Counted from the stretch's first letter, positions 18,492 through 28,879 are shown. The stretch: DNA of 64,000 nt from an uncultured Clostridia bacterium (GCA_964457225.1 CAYWEM010000003.1:114-64113), one strand, 5' to 3'. The notes: a model not told the origin generated them from the sequence alone. Translations and numbers: made by a program.

Positions 18492-19172
18492 ATGCTGCTG
18501 ATTGCCGACACTTTCATTTCAGATGCTTTCGCGCTGACCTTCGACCGCCTGCTGGCTGACACGGCCAAGCAGGCCGGAATCAAGGCGGAGTTCTGGCGGC
18601 CGTTGAAACAGCCCCCTATCACAGACCTGGCGCGCTTCAGCCATATGATCATGTCGGGCTCAGAGGCTTCGATCGTTGACGACCACCCCTGGGAACAGCC
18701 GCTGGCCGAAGTACTGGACGCTTTCATGGCAGCAGGCAAGCCGGTACTCGGCATTTGCTACAGCCACCAGTTTATCGCCAAGAGACTGCTGGGCAGGAAG
18801 CACGTCCGCCACTCCGCCTGCCCGGAATTCGGCTACCGTCGGATCGAATTCAGCGCCAACCCCCTCTTCGCCGGGATCGAAACCCCACTGGTTTCGGTGG
18901 TCTCCCATTTCGACGAGGTGCTGGACCTGGGGGAGAACTTCGACGTCCTGGCCTCTACTCCCGACTGCGCGGTGCAGGCCTTCCAGCTCAAGGGAGCCCC
19001 GGTCTGGGGAGTGCAGTTTCATCCCGAATACGGCCCCGGCAGTATCGAGGAGATCTTTGTCGAAGTCAATGCGATTTTCCCCGGCTTCAGGAGCCGGTAT
19101 TTCGACGAACGCAGCCGGCCGGGAGAAACAGATCAGAACCGGATGATCTTCACCAATTTCCTGAAACAATGA
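18492..19172 (+). CDS. Class I glutamine amidotransferase-like protein
   Basis: Nucleophile elbow VLGICYSHQ and the VQFHPE catalytic His/Glu region typical of GATase1. Confidence 0.8.
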   Translation: MLLIADTFISDAFALTFDRLLADTAKQAGIKAEFWRPLKQPPITDLARFSHMIMSGSEASIVDDHPWEQPLAEVLDAFMAAGKPVLGICYSHQFIAKRLLGRKHVRHSACPEFGYRRIEFSANPLFAGIETPLVSVVSHFDEVLDLGENFDVLASTPDCAVQAFQLKGAPVWGVQFHPEYGPGSIEEIFVEVNAIFPGFRSRYFDERSRPGETDQNRMIFTNFLKQ

Positions 19173-19298
19173 AGCGGGCGAACTTGCTTGTCTCCGGCGA
19201 ATCCGACGGGTATTCCACGGTAATAACAGATCGCCGGGCAGGGCAGGGAGACAGGACAAAACTGTTCTCAATAATCCGGATGCTGTTCCAAAAGAGAA

Positions 19299-20393
19299 TT
19301 ACAATCTCAGTATCCAATGCTTTAACATTACATCCTGAATTGTATATGCCCCGTTTTTCAGAACGATCTCTTTTTTTATGAGCGAGTCAAGGGATTTTGT
19401 CACCTGGGAGGGAGTTGAAAAACTCACGGATTTTAAGGAATCCGCTGAATACAGTTCCCTGCCCTCATTTATGGCAATCAGCTTAAGGGTTTTTCGCTGA
19501 TTCAGGGTGAGACTGTCCCAGAGAGTCATGAATTCATTTTCATTACGTTTCAGTATTTCATTATGAGTCCTGTTTATTATTTCTTGATCCGTCAGATCAC
19601 TGTCCCAGAGAAAAAAGAAAAATTGCTGAATATACATTGGGTGCTCTTCGCAGAGTTTGATAACGTCAAGTATCTGCTTTTCTGAAATTTTTTTGTGTTT
19701 GCGGAATAATCCTTTTACCCAGCCGACGTACTCAGCTTCATCTATTTCAGGTAATGGACAACTCTGGGCCAGTTTATAAAAGGCTTTGCCTTTGGAATTG
19801 AACATACCGGCAAGTATATGCCGCCTGCTTCCGGCAAATACATAGGATATTCGATTGTGTTTCTGAATGATTCCCCGAAGCCGTTTTTCGAATTCACCTT
19901 TTGAATAGTTTTCGATCTCCTGGAACTCATCAAAAACAACCACCATTTTATTCTTTACCGAATACTTCTGTAACAGGTTCATGGCATTTTCAAGAAGTAT
20001 CGTTTTGTCTTTTGATCTGAAAGCCGGACTCAAGGACGGGAGTCCGGTTGCCGGATCTATCGATATTGAAAAATTCGCCGAGGTAAAAAACTCACGCGCG
20101 GCTTTTATCAGCTTCTCAGCTCCGGATTCAAGCTGGCCGGCGCTTTTCATGACAGCTGTGATGAAATCCTCTTCGCTTACAGTACCGTAAAGGTCGATAT
20201 ACATTTTTACCGTATCAGGATTCAGCCTGGAGAACACCTGGTATATCAATGATGTTTTCCCCATCCTCCTGTTTGCGTAAAGCATCACGTTCTGAGAGTT
20301 TTCAATGAGATTGATAAGGTCTTCCTGCTCCTTCTCCCGGTTACAGAACCGATCTCCGGTAACGATTCCTGAAAAGCTGAAGGGATTGCCCAT
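19299..20393 (-). CDS. ATP-binding protein of the PF01637 (ATPase_2)/DUF234 family, encoded on an AT-rich island
   Basis: Walker A NRRMGKTS and Walker B VVVFDEFQ. C-terminal DUF234-like winged-helix region. Local GC about 38% versus about 60% in the flanks. Confidence 0.8.
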   Translation of the reverse strand: MGNPFSFSGIVTGDRFCNREKEQEDLINLIENSQNVMLYANRRMGKTSLIYQVFSRLNPDTVKMYIDLYGTVSEEDFITAVMKSAGQLESGAEKLIKAAREFFTSANFSISIDPATGLPSLSPAFRSKDKTILLENAMNLLQKYSVKNKMVVVFDEFQEIENYSKGEFEKRLRGIIQKHNRISYVFAGSRRHILAGMFNSKGKAFYKLAQSCPLPEIDEAEYVGWVKGLFRKHKKISEKQILDVIKLCEEHPMYIQQFFFFLWDSDLTDQEIINRTHNEILKRNENEFMTLWDSLTLNQRKTLKLIAINEGRELYSADSLKSVSFSTPSQVTKSLDSLIKKEIVLKNGAYTIQDVMLKHWILRL

Positions 20394-20424
20394 ATTACAC
20401 CTCTTTGGCTAATATATATAGTGT

Positions 20425-20453
20425 AATATATTGCACTTATTGTGCAATGTCAA
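20425..20453 (-). promoter_or_regulatory. Consensus sigma70 promoter (TTGACA-17-TATATT) with palindromic operator TTGCAC-aataa-GTGCAA in the spacer, upstream of the ATPase gene
   Basis: Reverse complement of 20425-20453 reads TTGACAttgcacaataagtgcaaTATATT. AGAGG RBS lies before the ATG at 20393. Confidence 0.55.
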
Positions 20454-20712
20454 GTTTTTTCATGCTTCAGGCAAAAATATCCCCAAAAACATTAAATCAT
20501 CAAGAAACACGCTAATTGGGTTGTTTTCAACTTGATTTGTGTTGAATTGACCAGAAACCGCTTTTGCTTAGTTGGACTTTATTCGGGAAATCACCTTGCG
20601 AGCTGATTATCGGTGCATCGGCAGCTCATTACGCTTCAAATCATTTCGCGCTGACCTAAACACTGATTCATGGTCTCTGGAGATCCGGGTTTCCGGGCGA
20701 TCTCAAAAAAAA

Positions 20713-21477
20713 TCAACCTGCCTTGCGCGCCTTGAAAATGAAGTTGGAAGCACTCTTGAAACGGCCGGAAGCGGGCAGGAATTTCTCGATTTCATAACCC
20801 TTTCCTTCCAGGTGACTGCGGATCTCATCCGGGGTGAAGTAGAAGCGGATGGGCACGAAGTACCAGTCGAGAATCAATTCGGACAGTTTTTCACCCTTGC
20901 GGGACTTCTGCTTGAACAGCTGGCGCAGGGCCACCAGGGGCCAGGAAAAGAAGGCCATGGTTTTCGCCAGGGGCAGCCACATTTTTTTCGGCGTGCGCAC
21001 CAGGGTCTTGCGCAGGATTTCATGCAGCCAGGTGAAACCGGTTCGCAGGTAGAGGGCCAGCAGCAGGGTGCCGCCCGGCTTGAGCACCCGGTCGATTTCA
21101 GCCAGGGCCCGCCAGGGATCCTCGGTGTGGTGGGCGCTGCCCCAGGCCCAGACTATGTCGAAGGAAGCATCGGGGAAGGGCATCTGCAGCATGTCGTGCT
21201 GTATCAGCTCTATGTTTTCCAGCTTCATGGCTTCCTTGAGGGAGGCGGCCGTACCGAGACTGCCCGGCGATATGTCCAGGCCGGTGACCTTGGCCGCGCC
21301 CATCGAGCCGAAGACGGTGCAGAAAATTCCTGTGCCGCAACCGCAGTCCAGCACCCGGCGGCCCTTGATTTCCTCTTCGTTGAAAAACAGTTCGAGGTGT
21401 TCCTTGCTTTCCTGGAAGCGGGGGACGTATTCAGTCCAGACAACATCGTAAAAATTCTGTACGTCTTCTTTTTTCAT
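20713..21477 (-). CDS. Class I SAM-dependent methyltransferase
   Basis: Motif I VLDCGCGTGIF, motif II GLDIS, and post-I/II FDIVWAWGSAHH, resembling Methyltransf_11/25. Confidence 0.85.
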   Translation of the reverse strand: MKKEDVQNFYDVVWTEYVPRFQESKEHLELFFNEEEIKGRRVLDCGCGTGIFCTVFGSMGAAKVTGLDISPGSLGTAASLKEAMKLENIELIQHDMLQMPFPDASFDIVWAWGSAHHTEDPWRALAEIDRVLKPGGTLLLALYLRTGFTWLHEILRKTLVRTPKKMWLPLAKTMAFFSWPLVALRQLFKQKSRKGEKLSELILDWYFVPIRFYFTPDEIRSHLEGKGYEIEKFLPASGRFKSASNFIFKARKAG

Positions 21478-21544
21478 TTAGAGTCCTTAAGGCCGCCATT
21501 TTAGCACAGCTCCGCCCTCCAGGCAAGGGAAAGCAGGCCGGTAT

Positions 21545-21573
21545 TTGACAATCCATTCGCCTATGCATAGAAT
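21545..21573 (+). promoter_or_regulatory. Putative sigma70 promoter: TTGACA, 17 nt, TAGAAT
   Basis: TTGACA at 21545-21550 and TAGAAT at 21568-21573, with a GGAGGAAAG RBS before the ATG at 21596. Confidence 0.4.
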
Positions 21574-21595
21574 CCGGAGCAAACAAGGAGGAAAG

Positions 21596-22234
21596 ATGAA
21601 CTTTGCTAAAACAATGAGAAAAGGGGCGGCCTTGCTGGTGGTGTTCTGTTTCACCTTTGTACTGCAGGTCCAGGCAATGCCCCTGCCGGTGCAAAGCGGA
21701 AGTGCCGCTCCAGGTTTTTCCGCCCTGCCCGACGAAGACCAGGGCCTGGTCGAAATAGAAGACGATGAATACAAGCCTGCCGGGAAAAAGAGTTCTATGA
21801 CCCCGATCCTGATCGGCCTGGCCGCCGCCGGGGTGGTGGCCGCCCTGCTTTTCCTGGTGGTACTGAAATCAAGTTGGGATCTCTCCGGAACCTGGGACCT
21901 GACCGTCACCCAGACCGGGTCAGGTTACAAGGAATACCTGACCCTGGTTTGCACCGGCAGTAAGAAAGAAGGCTCAGCCCGTTTCACCCTGGCGCACAGC
22001 GGCACCGGCACTTACTCGGTTCAAGGTAAAGACAATTTTACAGTGACCATACCCATTCCGCCCGGGCCGACAGTCAGTCTGCAGGGCCGTTTCGACAGCA
22101 AGGACCAGATCAGCGGCCGGGCCACCAATGACTCCGGTTACGAAGGCACCTTCACCGGCACCCGCAAAGCCGCCGGCAGTCTCGGACAGCCGGCCGCAAC
22201 CAGTCATAACCAGGGCATTACGGCAAAAAAATAG
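21596..22234 (+). CDS. Hypothetical secreted protein
   Basis: MNFAKTMRKGAALLVVFCFTFVLQVQA is a signal peptide and a second hydrophobic segment follows. The RBS-supported start was chosen over the longer ORF. Confidence 0.55.
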   Translation: MNFAKTMRKGAALLVVFCFTFVLQVQAMPLPVQSGSAAPGFSALPDEDQGLVEIEDDEYKPAGKKSSMTPILIGLAAAGVVAALLFLVVLKSSWDLSGTWDLTVTQTGSGYKEYLTLVCTGSKKEGSARFTLAHSGTGTYSVQGKDNFTVTIPIPPGPTVSLQGRFDSKDQISGRATNDSGYEGTFTGTRKAAGSLGQPAATSHNQGITAKK

Positions 22235-22525
22235 TTTTCATCAGGCTGATCAGCAACCAAGGTCCTGAGTTTGGGGGTTTTCTTTGCAAGCCATACTGTA
22301 TTAGATCTTTAATCCCGATCAAGCCGGAATTCTGACTTTTCTGATGATTGGATTTATACCCCTTTAAACAGCCTAAAACCCACTATTCTTTAGCCATCAA
22401 AGGCTTTTTCAATACAATTCTCATCAAATCAACCTGCTTTGCCTCGTTTTAACTGCATTTTCCCGCCGAATGGAACCCGGCGCGGTTTTTTTTCGTCTCC
22501 CTGGTATGAGACAACAGGAGGTTCG

Positions 22526-25171
22526 ATGAAAAACCTGAAAGCAATCATGACAGCAGCATTGCTCATAGCTTCGGCCTGGTTGATACCGGCCGCGGATCTA
22601 CAGCAGGAAAAACGTGTTTACCGTGCGGCCCATGTCAATCCCCACCCTCCGGTCATAGACGGGAAAATCGATGACCCGGCCTGGGAAAAGGTACCCTGGA
22701 GCGGAGATTTCATCCAGCGCGAACCGAATGAAGGCCAGGCTCCGAGTCAGAAAACGGCTTTTAAAATACTGTACGACGACCAGAACCTGTACATCGCTGT
22801 CCGCGCCTATGACGATCAGCCGGAAAAAATCGTGCGCCGGGTTTCGCGGCGGGACGCCCTGGACGGTGACGTACTCAGTGTCTCGCTGGACAGTTACTTC
22901 GACCAGCGCTGCGCCTTCATATTTAAAATCAGCGCCGCCGGGGTCAAGGCCGATGAATTCATGAGCAACGACGGAGGCAGCCGCGATCTCAGCTGGGACG
23001 CGGTCTGGTACGCCAAGACCGCCATCGACGACCAGGGCTGGGCCGCCGAAATGAAGATTCCCTTTTCCCAGTTGCGTTTTTCCGGCAGCGAGGAACAGAC
23101 CTGGGGTCTGCAGGTGGACCGCTGGCTCGAGCGTAAGCAGGAACGTTCGGTCTGGCAGCCGATCCCCCGGGAAGCCCCGGGCTGGGTGCATCGCTTCGGC
23201 CTGCTGGAAGGCCTTTCCGGCATCAAGTCGGCCCGGCGCATCGAGCTGATGCCTTACGCGGTCGGCAAAGCCCATACCTACCCGGCCCAGGCAGGCAATC
23301 CCTTCGCCCCGGGGAGCTCTTTCAGCGGCCTGGGAGGGCTGGACGGCAAAATCGGGCTGACCAGCAACCTGACCCTGGACTTCACCCTCAATCCCGACTT
23401 CGGCCAGGTGGAAGCCGACCCCTCGGAAATCAACCTGACCGCCTTTGAAAGCTATTTCACCGAAAAAAGACCTTTTTTCATCGAAGGACGCAACATTTTC
23501 AACTTCAACCTGATGGACGGGGACGGTGACTTCTCCATGGACAACCTGTTCTATTCCAGGCGGATCGGCCGCACTCCCCAGTTCAGGCCGCAACCTGGTT
23601 CCGGAGAATACCTGGACATGCCCGAGAACGTGCCGATCATCGGCGCCTTGAAGCTCAGCGGCAAAACCGCCGGCGGGTTTTCCATCGGGCTGATCAACGC
23701 CACCACGGCGCAGAGCAGCGCGGCCATCGGCAACTTCCAGGAGGAACGAAGTGAAATAGTAGAACCCCTGACCAATTTCCTGGTCCTGCGCCTGCAGAAG
23801 GACGCCAACCAGGGCGACACCATCTTCGGAGCCATGGCCACCGCCACCCATCGCGACATTTCCGCCGAGCATCTCAACTTCCTGCACCATTCAGCCTACT
23901 CGGCCGGTTTTGACCTTTCCCACTCCTGGCATAAAAAGACCTATCGCATCATACTGCGCACCGTATTCAGCAATGTCCAGGGCAGCGAACAGGCCATCAG
24001 CCGCACCCAGCAGGCCCCCCAGCGTTATTACCAGCGGCCCGATGCAGAGCACCTGGAAATGAACGAAGAACTGACCTCCCTGTCCGGCCACGGCGGCACC
24101 CTGGCTTTCAGCAAAAGCGGCAACAGCCCCTGGCGTTTTTCCGGAGGGCTTACCTGGCGTTCCCCGGGCCTGGAGCTGAACGATGCCGGTTTCCTGCGTG
24201 AATCAGACGTCATGATGCAATGGCTCTGGTCCGGCTACAATTTCTGGAAGCCTTTTTTCATCTTCCGCTACTTCAACATCAACGTCAACCAGTGGCAGGG
24301 TTGGAATTTCGCCGGAGAAAACATCTTCCAGGGCGGCAACATCAACTTGAACTTCCAATTCAAGAATTACTGGTGGGCCGGCCTGGGCATCAACCGCCAG
24401 GGTGACGGGCTTTCCAAGAGCGCCCTGCGCGGCGGGCCGGCCTTCAGAACCCTGGGTGGCTGGAACACCTGGTACAGTATTTCCACTGATCAAAGAAAAA
24501 AACTGCAGTTTTCCATCAATGGCTCGGAATTCCGGGGTGATCAGCAATCCAATATATTCAGCAATCTGCGTTTCGGCCTGGTTTACCGGCCCAGCAACGC
24601 CCTGCTTCTTTCAGTACAACCTTATTTCAGCGATGTGATGCGCACCATGCAGTACGTGGCCACCCGCGATTTCAACCAGGACAAGCGTTACGTGTTCGCC
24701 ACCCTGGACCAGAAGACCATCGCCCTGATCACCCGTCTCAATCTCAACCTGACCCCGGATCTTTCCATCCAGTTCTACGGCCAGCCCTTCATCTCCAGCG
24801 GCCATTACCGTGACTTCAAGCACATCACCGCCCCCCGTCACGGCTCTTATTACCAGCGGTTCCGCAACTACCAGGACACGGAAATAAAATACGATCCGAG
24901 TTCGGAAACTTACTCGATCCATGAAAGCGGCAAAAGCCAGGCTGATTACAGCTTCGGCAACCCCAATTTCAATTTCCTGCAGTTCCGGGCCAACCTGGTC
25001 GTGCGCTGGGAGTATTCCCCGGGCTCGGTACTCTTCCTGGTCTGGTCCCAGGGACGCACCGACTGGCTGATCAACGGTGAACTGGGCTTTTTCGACGGCA
25101 TGAGCGACCTCTTCGCCCTGCCGGCGCAGAACGTTTTCCTGTTAAAATTTTCCCATCGTTTCCGGCTCTGA
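22526..25171 (+). CDS. CBM9-like/DUF5916 family secreted (likely outer-membrane-associated) hydrolase-like protein
   Basis: Signal peptide MKNLKAIMTAALLIASAWLIPA, then PVIDGKIDDPAWEKVPW...LYIAVRAYDD, typical of a CBM9-like N-domain, followed by a long beta-rich DUF5916-like region. GGAGG RBS. Confidence 0.65.
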   Translation: MKNLKAIMTAALLIASAWLIPAADLQQEKRVYRAAHVNPHPPVIDGKIDDPAWEKVPWSGDFIQREPNEGQAPSQKTAFKILYDDQNLYIAVRAYDDQPEKIVRRVSRRDALDGDVLSVSLDSYFDQRCAFIFKISAAGVKADEFMSNDGGSRDLSWDAVWYAKTAIDDQGWAAEMKIPFSQLRFSGSEEQTWGLQVDRWLERKQERSVWQPIPREAPGWVHRFGLLEGLSGIKSARRIELMPYAVGKAHTYPAQAGNPFAPGSSFSGLGGLDGKIGLTSNLTLDFTLNPDFGQVEADPSEINLTAFESYFTEKRPFFIEGRNIFNFNLMDGDGDFSMDNLFYSRRIGRTPQFRPQPGSGEYLDMPENVPIIGALKLSGKTAGGFSIGLINATTAQSSAAIGNFQEERSEIVEPLTNFLVLRLQKDANQGDTIFGAMATATHRDISAEHLNFLHHSAYSAGFDLSHSWHKKTYRIILRTVFSNVQGSEQAISRTQQAPQRYYQRPDAEHLEMNEELTSLSGHGGTLAFSKSGNSPWRFSGGLTWRSPGLELNDAGFLRESDVMMQWLWSGYNFWKPFFIFRYFNINVNQWQGWNFAGENIFQGGNINLNFQFKNYWWAGLGINRQGDGLSKSALRGGPAFRTLGGWNTWYSISTDQRKKLQFSINGSEFRGDQQSNIFSNLRFGLVYRPSNALLLSVQPYFSDVMRTMQYVATRDFNQDKRYVFATLDQKTIALITRLNLNLTPDLSIQFYGQPFISSGHYRDFKHITAPRHGSYYQRFRNYQDTEIKYDPSSETYSIHESGKSQADYSFGNPNFNFLQFRANLVVRWEYSPGSVLFLVWSQGRTDWLINGELGFFDGMSDLFALPAQNVFLLKFSHRFRL

Positions 25172-25187
25172 ACATAGCAGCCCGCGT

Positions 25188-27113
25188 TTGCAATTCCCAT
25201 GGCCGTCGATTATAATCGCGGCCATGGGACCGCGGAACAAAGCAGACCAGATCTCCGGAGAATTTGAAAACAAAGATAATCCTTTTATCAGGCTTTTTGA
25301 AGCAATTCCGGCCGGAATATACGAAACCACTGTCAAGGGAGAAATCGTGGCCTGTAATTCCTCCCTGGCAAAAATCCTGGGCGGCAAAGACAAGGCTGAC
25401 ATCCTGGGCCGCAATGCCGGCGAGTTTTACCCGCACCCGGAGGAACGGCGGAAATTCGTTGATCACCTGCACCGTCACGGCAGTCATATCAATACGGCAG
25501 CCAAGCTGAAAAGACTTGATGGTTCGGACTGCTGGGCCATGATCAACGCTGTTCTGGAAAACGATTGCATACTGGGGTCGATGATCGACATCACCGAACA
25601 GAAGAAGGCTGAAGAAGCCCTGCGCCGGAGCGAGGAAAGCTATCGCGGTTTGTTTGACTCCATCAGCGAAGCGATATACATCCAGGATGAAAGCGGCCGT
25701 TTCATAGACGTCAACCAGGGCGCCCTGGATATGTACGGGTACGAACGCAGTGATTTCATCGGCAGTACTCCCGAGTTCCTGTCCGCCCCGGGTCTGAACA
25801 ACCTGGAAGAAACCATTGAACACGCCCGCCTGGCCTTCGCCGGACAGAGAAGGCAGTTTGAGTGGTGGGGCCGACGCAGGAACGGACAGGTTTTTCCAAA
25901 AGACGTAATTCTCAATCCAGGTATGTATTTCGGCCGGCAGGTGGTAATCGCCATCGCCAGGGATATCAGCATCAAGAAACGCCTTGAGGAAGAACGCCAG
26001 AACGCCCAGAAGCTCGAATCGCTCGGCCTGCTGGCCGGAGGCATCGCCCACGATTTCAACAACATCCTGACCGGGGTGATGGGAAAAATCAGCCTGGCCC
26101 TGGAACATACCGATGCCCGGGGCCGCGGGCTTCTCCAGGAAACAGAGAAGGCCGTTTTACGAGCCCGGGAACTGACCGGCAAACTGCTCACCTTCGCCCA
26201 GGGCGGGGCCCCGATCAAGGAAAACACATCGATCGCCGAATTGATCAGGGAATCAACGGCCTTCGCTCTCAGCGGATCGGCGACCGCCGCTGATTTTTCG
26301 CTGGCCGAAGACCTGAAAGCTGCGGCCATCGACCGCAACCAGATCAACCAGGTGCTGCACAACCTGGTCATCAACGCCAGCCAGGCCATGCCCAGAGGGG
26401 GGCTGGTCCGCATCAGCGCCGAAAACCGCCGGGTAAAAAAATCGGATGACCTGCCGGTTCCGGATGGTGATTACGTGCAGATAAAGATCAGTGACCAGGG
26501 TGTCGGCATCGAGGAAAAAAACCGCCAGCGCATATTCGACCCTTATTTCACCACCAAGCCGGATGGCACCGGTCTCGGTCTGCCCACGGTTTATTCGATA
26601 ATCAGGAAACACGGCGGTCACATCAGCTTTGAATCCCGGCCTGGAGCGGGCACCACTTTCATCTTCCTGCTGCCGACAGCCGCGGAAGCAAAACCGGAAC
26701 CTTTTTATCCCGAAATCTCCCCGGCGGGACCAGCTACCAAGAGAATCCTGGTCATGGACGATGAAGAAATGGTCAGGGAAGTCATCGCCGGTATCCTTGA
26801 GGCCAGGGGCTACCAGGTCGAATGCCTGGACAACGGGGAAAGCACCCTGCGGCGTTACCGGGAGGAATTGAACGGACCGCATCCGTTCAGCGCGGTGATC
26901 ATGGACCTGACCCTGCCCGGCGGCATGGGCGGCAAGGACACCCTGCAACTACTTCGCGCCGTCGACCCTGCGGTCAGGGCCATTGTCATCAGCGGTTATT
27001 CAAATGATCCGGTAATGGCCGATCATAAGCGCTTCGGCTTCACCGCAGCCCTGCCCAAACCATTCCGGGACAAAGAACTGCTGAACACCCTGGAAAACGT
27101 CCTGAAAAGCTGA
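25188..27113 (+). CDS. PAS-domain hybrid sensor histidine kinase with C-terminal receiver domain
   Basis: H-box IAHDFNNILTGVMG, N/G boxes (GTGLGL), and receiver LVMDDEEMVREV...VIMDLTLPGGMGG. Confidence 0.9.
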   Translation: MQFPWPSIIIAAMGPRNKADQISGEFENKDNPFIRLFEAIPAGIYETTVKGEIVACNSSLAKILGGKDKADILGRNAGEFYPHPEERRKFVDHLHRHGSHINTAAKLKRLDGSDCWAMINAVLENDCILGSMIDITEQKKAEEALRRSEESYRGLFDSISEAIYIQDESGRFIDVNQGALDMYGYERSDFIGSTPEFLSAPGLNNLEETIEHARLAFAGQRRQFEWWGRRRNGQVFPKDVILNPGMYFGRQVVIAIARDISIKKRLEEERQNAQKLESLGLLAGGIAHDFNNILTGVMGKISLALEHTDARGRGLLQETEKAVLRARELTGKLLTFAQGGAPIKENTSIAELIRESTAFALSGSATAADFSLAEDLKAAAIDRNQINQVLHNLVINASQAMPRGGLVRISAENRRVKKSDDLPVPDGDYVQIKISDQGVGIEEKNRQRIFDPYFTTKPDGTGLGLPTVYSIIRKHGGHISFESRPGAGTTFIFLLPTAAEAKPEPFYPEISPAGPATKRILVMDDEEMVREVIAGILEARGYQVECLDNGESTLRRYREELNGPHPFSAVIMDLTLPGGMGGKDTLQLLRAVDPAVRAIVISGYSNDPVMADHKRFGFTAALPKPFRDKELLNTLENVLKS

Positions 27114-27126
27114 AAACGCCTGACTT

Positions 27127-28329
27127 CTATTCGATCAGCTTGAAGGAAAGAGCTTCTTTCAGCTCGAAGAAATCACTGCCCCGCGGCACGATGCGCAACC
27201 TGGTCAGCATGGTCTCGGGATCAATCAGTTCGGAAAACGGCACCCCGATCACCTGGAAGTTGTCCGACACTGAAACCATGTTGCTGAAATTGCCTTCCCG
27301 GTAAAGCTTGTATGCCCCGTAACCGAGCATACTGCCGAGCACGACGTCGAAACTGGCCGGCGGAGTATTGCGGGTTTCGTAGCCGATCTGCTTGTAAACG
27401 ATTTTCTTGCGCCGGCCGGTCTGTTTTTCATAAAGATTTTCCACCGTGTCCCGGATCAGGCGGCCCACTTCGGCTGTACCGAAAAGCATGTTGCCGTGGC
27501 GGTCTTTCTCCATCGGCCTCATTTTTTCCGGCAGTTTTTCAGCCAGGCCTTCGGCGATACAGATAACCCCGTAAAACTTGTTTTTTCTTTCCCGGATCAG
27601 AATTGTGTCTACCATGGAAGCGGCGATCTTTTCCAGGTCCATGGTCCGGCCGGGAATATCCTCGTTCGACAACATCATCACCGATTCACCGGCTATGCCG
27701 GCGGCATAGGTTATCCAGCCGGCCTTGCGGCCCATCAGTTCGACTATGAAATAAGAATTGGTGCTCTCGCCGTCGGCCTTGAGGTTGAGCAGGGCTTCCT
27801 GGTAATACTGCACACTGCTCCAGTACCCGAAGGTCCATGGAATCCCGAAATAATCGTTGTCTATGGTTTTAGGGATGTGAATAACCGGCAGTCCCAGCAG
27901 GCTCAGAAAATTGGCGGTCTTCAAAGTGTCGTCACCGCCCACGGTGATCAGGCAGCCGACGCCCAGGCGATTGAAGATGTTTATGATGTTGAGCAGGTTG
28001 CGGTTCTTCTGGGGATCCTCCAGATCCTTGCGGCAATGAACTGTTTTGCCGGGATTGGCCCGGGAAGTGCGCAGAAAAACTCCGCGCCGGTTCCTGATCC
28101 GTGAAATATCGGCATCCAGGTTCAGGTAGTGAATGCCCTCAACCAGGGAAAAACGATTGCTCTGGTCAAAGTTTTCCAGGTGTTCAAAACCGTCGAAGAA
28201 ACCAAGCAGGGGGATCTTGGCGTTGATGAAACTCAGGGCCACCGATGATATGACGGCATTAGCCGAGGGGGCCGGGCCGCCGGAAAAGACCAGGGCCACC
28301 TTGGAATTCTTCTTTTTGCCGGCGCTCAT
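27127..28329 (-). CDS. pfk: 6-phosphofructokinase (possibly PPi-dependent type)
   Basis: KVALVFSGGPAPSANAVI...LITVGGDDTLKTA...IPKTIDNDY...MGRKAGW. The start was set at MSAGKKK (28329) because the longer ORF overlaps the convergent thioesterase gene. Confidence 0.85.
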   Translation of the reverse strand: MSAGKKKNSKVALVFSGGPAPSANAVISSVALSFINAKIPLLGFFDGFEHLENFDQSNRFSLVEGIHYLNLDADISRIRNRRGVFLRTSRANPGKTVHCRKDLEDPQKNRNLLNIINIFNRLGVGCLITVGGDDTLKTANFLSLLGLPVIHIPKTIDNDYFGIPWTFGYWSSVQYYQEALLNLKADGESTNSYFIVELMGRKAGWITYAAGIAGESVMMLSNEDIPGRTMDLEKIAASMVDTILIRERKNKFYGVICIAEGLAEKLPEKMRPMEKDRHGNMLFGTAEVGRLIRDTVENLYEKQTGRRKKIVYKQIGYETRNTPPASFDVVLGSMLGYGAYKLYREGNFSNMVSVSDNFQVIGVPFSELIDPETMLTRLRIVPRGSDFFELKEALSFKLIE

Positions 28330-28414
28330 GCCAGCATGATAGAGATTTTCCTTCCAGCTGTCAATGTCATCGGGCAGCGCTTGAGAAAAATAACTCCTGC
28401 AGTATAATCTGTTC

Positions 28415-28813
28415 ATGGAAAAAGTAAACCTGGACAGCTGTTGTTTCGTCTGCGGGCCGGAAAACGAAAAGGGGCTCAAACTGGACTTTGAATTGAGCCC
28501 GGAACAGGCCCGGGCCGAAGTGGTTTTCGCCCCCCATCTCTGCGGCTGGCAGGAAATAGTGCACGGCGGAATCCTGGCCACGGTGCTGGATGAGGCCATG
28601 GCCAAGGCGGCCCAGGCCAGGGGCTGGCACTGCCTGACCGCGGAAATGACCGTCAGGTACAGAACCCCGGCCCAGACAGGAAAAAAATACAAGCTTTGCG
28701 GTACGATAATCTCCGAGAGAGGCCGGATCGTCATGGCGGCTGCCGAGTTGAGCGACCAGGACGGCCGGGTGGTGGCCGCGGCCGGCGGAAAACTCTGCCG
28801 GACAGGTTGCTGA
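28415..28813 (+). CDS. PaaI-family (hotdog-fold) thioesterase
   Basis: CFVCGPENEKGLKLDF...VHGGILATVLDEAMA is the canonical PaaI/YbgC-like pattern. Confidence 0.85.
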   Translation: MEKVNLDSCCFVCGPENEKGLKLDFELSPEQARAEVVFAPHLCGWQEIVHGGILATVLDEAMAKAAQARGWHCLTAEMTVRYRTPAQTGKKYKLCGTIISERGRIVMAAAELSDQDGRVVAAAGGKLCRTGC

Positions 28814-28850
28814 ACCTGCATTCCGGCTTGACCACCGGGGCTGTCCGCAT

Positions 28851-28879
28851 TTGACATCATGGCCCGCTTTTGATAATAT
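28851..28879 (+). promoter_or_regulatory. Putative sigma70 promoter of metK: TTGACA, 17 nt, TAATAT
   Basis: TTGACA at 28851-28856 and TAATAT at 28874-28879. The leader is about 25 nt, too short for a SAM riboswitch. Confidence 0.45.

Noticed and set aside
22598-23890. 430-aa minus-strand ORF inside the DUF5916 gene and similar long antisense ORFs (13310..14209, 16444..17424, 53200..54027, 57669..58958)
   Set aside because: All lie antisense to strongly supported genes and have G/A/Q/R-rich low-complexity composition.
27127-28860. Full 577-aa extent of the phosphofructokinase ORF
   Set aside because: The N-terminal 177 codons are unconserved and overlap the convergent, well-supported PaaI thioesterase gene (28415-28813). 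The start was moved to the Met at 28329, which gives a canonical PFK N-terminus.
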